Below, piece after piece: positions 61,845 through 64,000 of a stretch of 64,000 nucleotides of DNA (position 1 is the first letter of the stretch; each line of letters opens with the position of its first letter). The DNA comes from Pristiophorus japonicus (taxonomy: Eukaryota), in NCBI RefSeq assembly GCF_044704955.1, contig NC_091984.1, positions 123,318,001 to 123,382,000 of the forward strand, read 5' to 3'. Made by a program: the position numbers and the translations under genes. The notes under the pieces are model-generated. The model was not told the DNA's origin. It searched no databases and saw only the letters and a list, made by a program, of their open reading frames with translations.

Positions 61845-64000
61845 ACCAAGCTGCAAAGTCTTCCTCAATATCTTCCAGGCTATGATGGATAAAATTTTGC
61901 AAGGTTCCAAATTGCATATGCAATCAAGACAATATGCTGATCGCAACAAGCAGCAAGGAAGAAAATCCTTGAAGGGTTAGAGTGCTTCAAAAGATTGAAT
62001 TCCCACAATGTCAAATTGAAAAGGAGCAAACGTGCTTTTGTGCTGCCCGAGATTGTGTACCTTGGTATGAAAGTTGATGCAAAACACTTGGAACCAGTGA
62101 AGGAAAGGGTTGATGTGGTCAACCTACAGAATAGCCAGGATTTTCTGGGGCGTCAGCACGTGGGATCGATGGTGGGTCAGGTGGGAAAGTGTTTTTTTGG
62201 ACAGCAGGTCGGAACCACTCAACTATGCGCCTTTCCCAACGTTGGGTCTGCTCAGCGCTGACAGGCACCCAATTAAGCCGATTATTGCCTGGAGAGATCA
62301 AGAATACAATTTACCTTGTCTTTTCTGTTCAACTCCTCACCCATGGGAACCATGGCTGTCAACCTGGAGGTAGGAGTTCAGTGGCCATCGCTCTAGCCAA
62401 TTCGTTGATAGCTTCAAATGTACAGTAGAAAAGCTCCCACTTGACAGATCTTCACTTTCCTCAGCCACAAGCTGTTTCGCAGTCCATTTCCAAAACAGAT
62501 TCTACAGTCTCAACTTGGTCTACTGAATCTGACCATGATCAGCCCCAACAGCAGTACCATCAACCTTCTCTGCAATCACCTGATGCTGCACAGGACACCA
62601 GCACCCGACCACATTGTTGCCCAGGAGGCCAGGGAAGGCCTCACCATGGCCAGATTTACTTCACTTGAAGCCGTACACCCTGGACCACGTTGTCACCACC
62701 CCATACCAACAATATTTTTAAAAAAGGAGATTGAGAGCGTGAGAGCGAGCGATAGTTGGTGTAAGGATGTGCAGACAAAAAAAAAGGTAGGGAAGGCAGA
62801 GTGATGGGGATGTGTTGAGAGGCACAGCAAGATGAGGCTGAGTGTGGCTTTGTATAAACAGTGTGTGATCTACTGAGATCATTGAAAGGTTTGTGCTGCT
62901 GCATCCAGGTCCTCCTGACGACATCCCTGCTTGTACCCTCCTGTGCAATGTGCAACCAGGCTGCATTGTCTCCTGGGGAGGTCTCTTGCACTCATTGGAA
63001 GGGAAGGAAATCTCTCAGCATGCTGCAACTCCCTGCATAACATCTGGAGAGTCATGGGAGAGCATGTGCGCAGCCTTGCATATCTGTACAATGCTGTAGA
63101 ACACAGACAGCACAACGGTTAAGATAAAATTTTAACATGCTCCCTTTAAGGAAACCAGCTGATGTGTCATCAAATGATGTCACCAGACCCATTTCCTCCA
63201 ATTGGCCTGGGAAAACACACTGGTTGGGCTGAACAAGCTCCATCAAGGGAAATTCATTTCAGAGAGGCTGGGATGTAGCCAGCAGCAGAGTTCATCACCC
63301 ACCACAGCAAGTAAAAATATGCCCAATGTGAGTTAAAATCTTTCTTGGGAATGGTTAAGTACTGCGCATGTTTCTCACCCAGGTTAGCTCCATTGCACAA
63401 GCTCAAGAAGGATGTCCAGTGGAAGTGGACAAAAGAGCAAGAGGAAGCTTACAATGCTTGTAAGAGAAGTCTCTCTAGCGACGCTCTACTTGTGCACTAT
63501 GACAGAGCAGGAGCCTAAGTTAGCGTGTGATGCTTCCAACCACGTAATGGAAGACAGCCAAGATCACCTTCGTATCACAAACCTTCAAGGAGCGAAAGAA
63601 ACTACGTGCATATTGAAAAGAAAGCACTCACTATAATGTTTTGAATGAAGAAATTTCAACAGTTCCCAATCGGCAGAAAGCTTACCCCAATAACCGATCA
63701 CAAACCCCTCCTAGCAATATTGGGGCCCAGATCTGCCATCCCTGCAATGGCCGCATTAAGAATGCAAAGGTGGGCAGTGTTGTTGTCACAATATGACAAC
63801 ACGATTGAATATCACACTACAAAGCAAAACACAATCCCAGATGCCTAGTCCAGGTTGCCACATGAGGACTTGTGCATTGGGACTGAAGGTATGATTTTCA
63901 TACTAGGTGAAGGTGACGAAGACTTTCCCATGAATGCAAATGAGACTCAAAATGACTCAGTACTGAAAAGAGTGTGCATGAAAACACCTTGAATTGAGGG
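61845..64000 (+). mobile_element. old Gypsy pol remnant (RT-RNase H), split by a Harbinger element
   Basis: IFQAMMDKILQG, KLKRSK..EIVYLG, LACDAS, ITDHKPLLAILG..AALRMQRWAVLLSQYD. Confidence 0.85.
62133..63324. mobile_element. internally deleted PIF/Harbinger DNA transposon
   Basis: 3-bp TSD AAT (62130-62132, 63325-63327); minus-strand Myb/SANT-like remnant AWLHIAQEGTSRDVVRRTWMQ..FNDL; plus-strand transposase-tail-like AQEAREGLTMARF; weak TIRs. Confidence 0.7.

Overview
Vertebrate genomic DNA, almost certainly from a cartilaginous fish (inferred from the repeat complement: dense CR1 LINEs, Deu-domain SINEs, RTE, L2, Gypsy elements with a tRNA-Ser PBS, Harbinger/pogo derivatives). Well over half of the window is transposon-derived and often nested. 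Two host genes are supported. (1) An intact single-coding-exon APOBEC4 (26428-27531, +, 367 aa, HxE...PCx6C deaminase motif). (2) The last six short coding exons (53, 74, 59, 71, 25 and 74 nt, all splice-phase compatible) of a minus-strand gene that I cannot name; it encodes a Cys-rich segment followed by two C-terminal hydrophobic helices, is convergent with APOBEC4, and is not recovered as a spliced gene by the ORF track. Most unusual small elements: an 80-bp retroposed U2-snRNA/hairpin chimera with poly(A) and an 11-bp TSD; a TSD-flanked palindrome carrying two decayed minimal hammerhead-ribozyme motifs; a Gypsy element with non-matching LTRs and no integrase; an ERV-like solo LTR splitting a Gag zinc knuckle; and a deleted Harbinger inside a Gypsy RT. 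All coordinates were read by eye; no database search was run.
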